A stretch of DNA of 63,990 bases, filler included, from Octopus bimaculoides (taxonomy: Eukaryota): the NCBI RefSeq assembly GCF_001194135.2. It is 10 parts of 9 records of this genome, joined end to end, with 100 filler letters (N's around TTAATTAATTAA, not from the genome) between each part and the next. Parts side by side here need not be neighbours in the genome. Positions count along the whole stretch, not along the records: positions 62,945 to 63,990 come from NW_026407378.1; 9 more parts are not named here. One strand, given 5' to 3'. The notes below the pieces were generated by a model. That model made no database searches, had not been told where the DNA came from, and was given only the letters and a program-made list of their open reading frames with translations. The position numbers were made by a program, and so were the translations under genes. Positions 62,945-63,990 of the stretch are shown piece by piece (positions within the stretch are counted from its first letter, which is position 1; each line of letters starts with the position of its first letter).

Positions 62945-63584
62945 ATATATATATATTTATATATATATACGCATATACAAACACTTTCGCATATGGAACA
63001 ACATATATACACATGCATGCACGCAACCATATACACGATAGCACACACACACACATACCCACACACACGCGCTCACAAACACATCCGTACACACAAACAC
63101 ATACATGCATAAACATATGGCCGCATATTCGATAACAATATACATACACACATACTGATACACACACACAAACACACCGTGCGGCGTATGCATATGCATA
63201 TATACACACACACACATACACACACTACACACACATAGAAAGGTACGTATTCGCTCTCCACGTATACTCACACACACGCACATGCACATACCAGACATGT
63301 ACACACAACTGTAACAAAACTATTAACACACACAGACACATTAATAAGTGTACATATGCACACACACACATTTCAGTATTTTCCAAAACACACACACACA
63401 AACGAACACACACAGACATTCACATCCACACACACGCACACATACAAGCATAGACATATTGATAGATTCACTTACTATACATTCATGCACACGTGTGCAC
63501 GTGCAAGCGCGTACTCACACATATATAGGCGCATTTACGAGCCACATAAACGCACAGACATACATATACACACCTTTACTTACT

Positions 63585-63615
<31 letters not shown>

Positions 63616-63990
63616 TTCATACAAAGATACATGCACAAACATGCACACATACATACATACACACTTACATATATGTATATATACATTACATACATACACA
63701 CTTACATACATACACACATGCATGCATACACATACGCATATTTACCCATACACCATAAAAAAACACATTCACTAACCACATACATGCACACATACGCACA
63801 CACATGCATAAACACTCACACGGATACACACATATAACTTCACACACACATACACACACACATTGATACATATATAAAACCTCACTCACATACACACACA
63901 CATGAACACGCACACAGATGAACATATACATGCATAAACATATGCACCCATATTCGTTAACAACATGCACACACACACACACACACACAC
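62945..63990. repeat. Cryptic (CA/CATA)-rich low-complexity tract
   Basis: About 1 kb of degenerate AC/AT dinucleotide repeats; the source of the H/T and C/V pseudo-ORFs. Confidence 0.9.

Overview
AT-rich animal genomic DNA, very dense in microsatellites, with many N gaps. The SINE families and compound (CA/TA/CATA/GATA)n repeats look like an octopus draft assembly (recognised from pattern, not verified). Nine 100-bp gaps carry the six-frame-stop linker TTAATTAATTAA, so the window is a mosaic of ten joined pieces whose adjacency is unproven. The only confidently coding host sequence is two spliced exons (7947-8072, 9235-9450) of an axonemal dynein heavy chain, DNAH2-like. The rest is mostly transposon debris: R4/Dong-like RLE LINEs (one near full length), Tx1/L1, CR1-like and RTE LINE pieces, Penelope-like (PLE) fragments, mariner/Tc1 fragments, several tRNA-derived SINE families and several foldback MITEs. 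Almost all ORFs in the supplied track are microsatellite or N-run artefacts. I see no CRISPR, rRNA, true tRNA or prokaryote-type system. The best leads are (1) minimal hammerhead-ribozyme-like cores in unexpected carriers (a TTAA-flanked TIR MITE and a tRNA-headed SINE), (2) apparent microsatellite targeting by RLE LINEs with two specificities, and (3) a long-TIR foldback element centred on a telomere-repeat hairpin. All need computational or biochemical confirmation.
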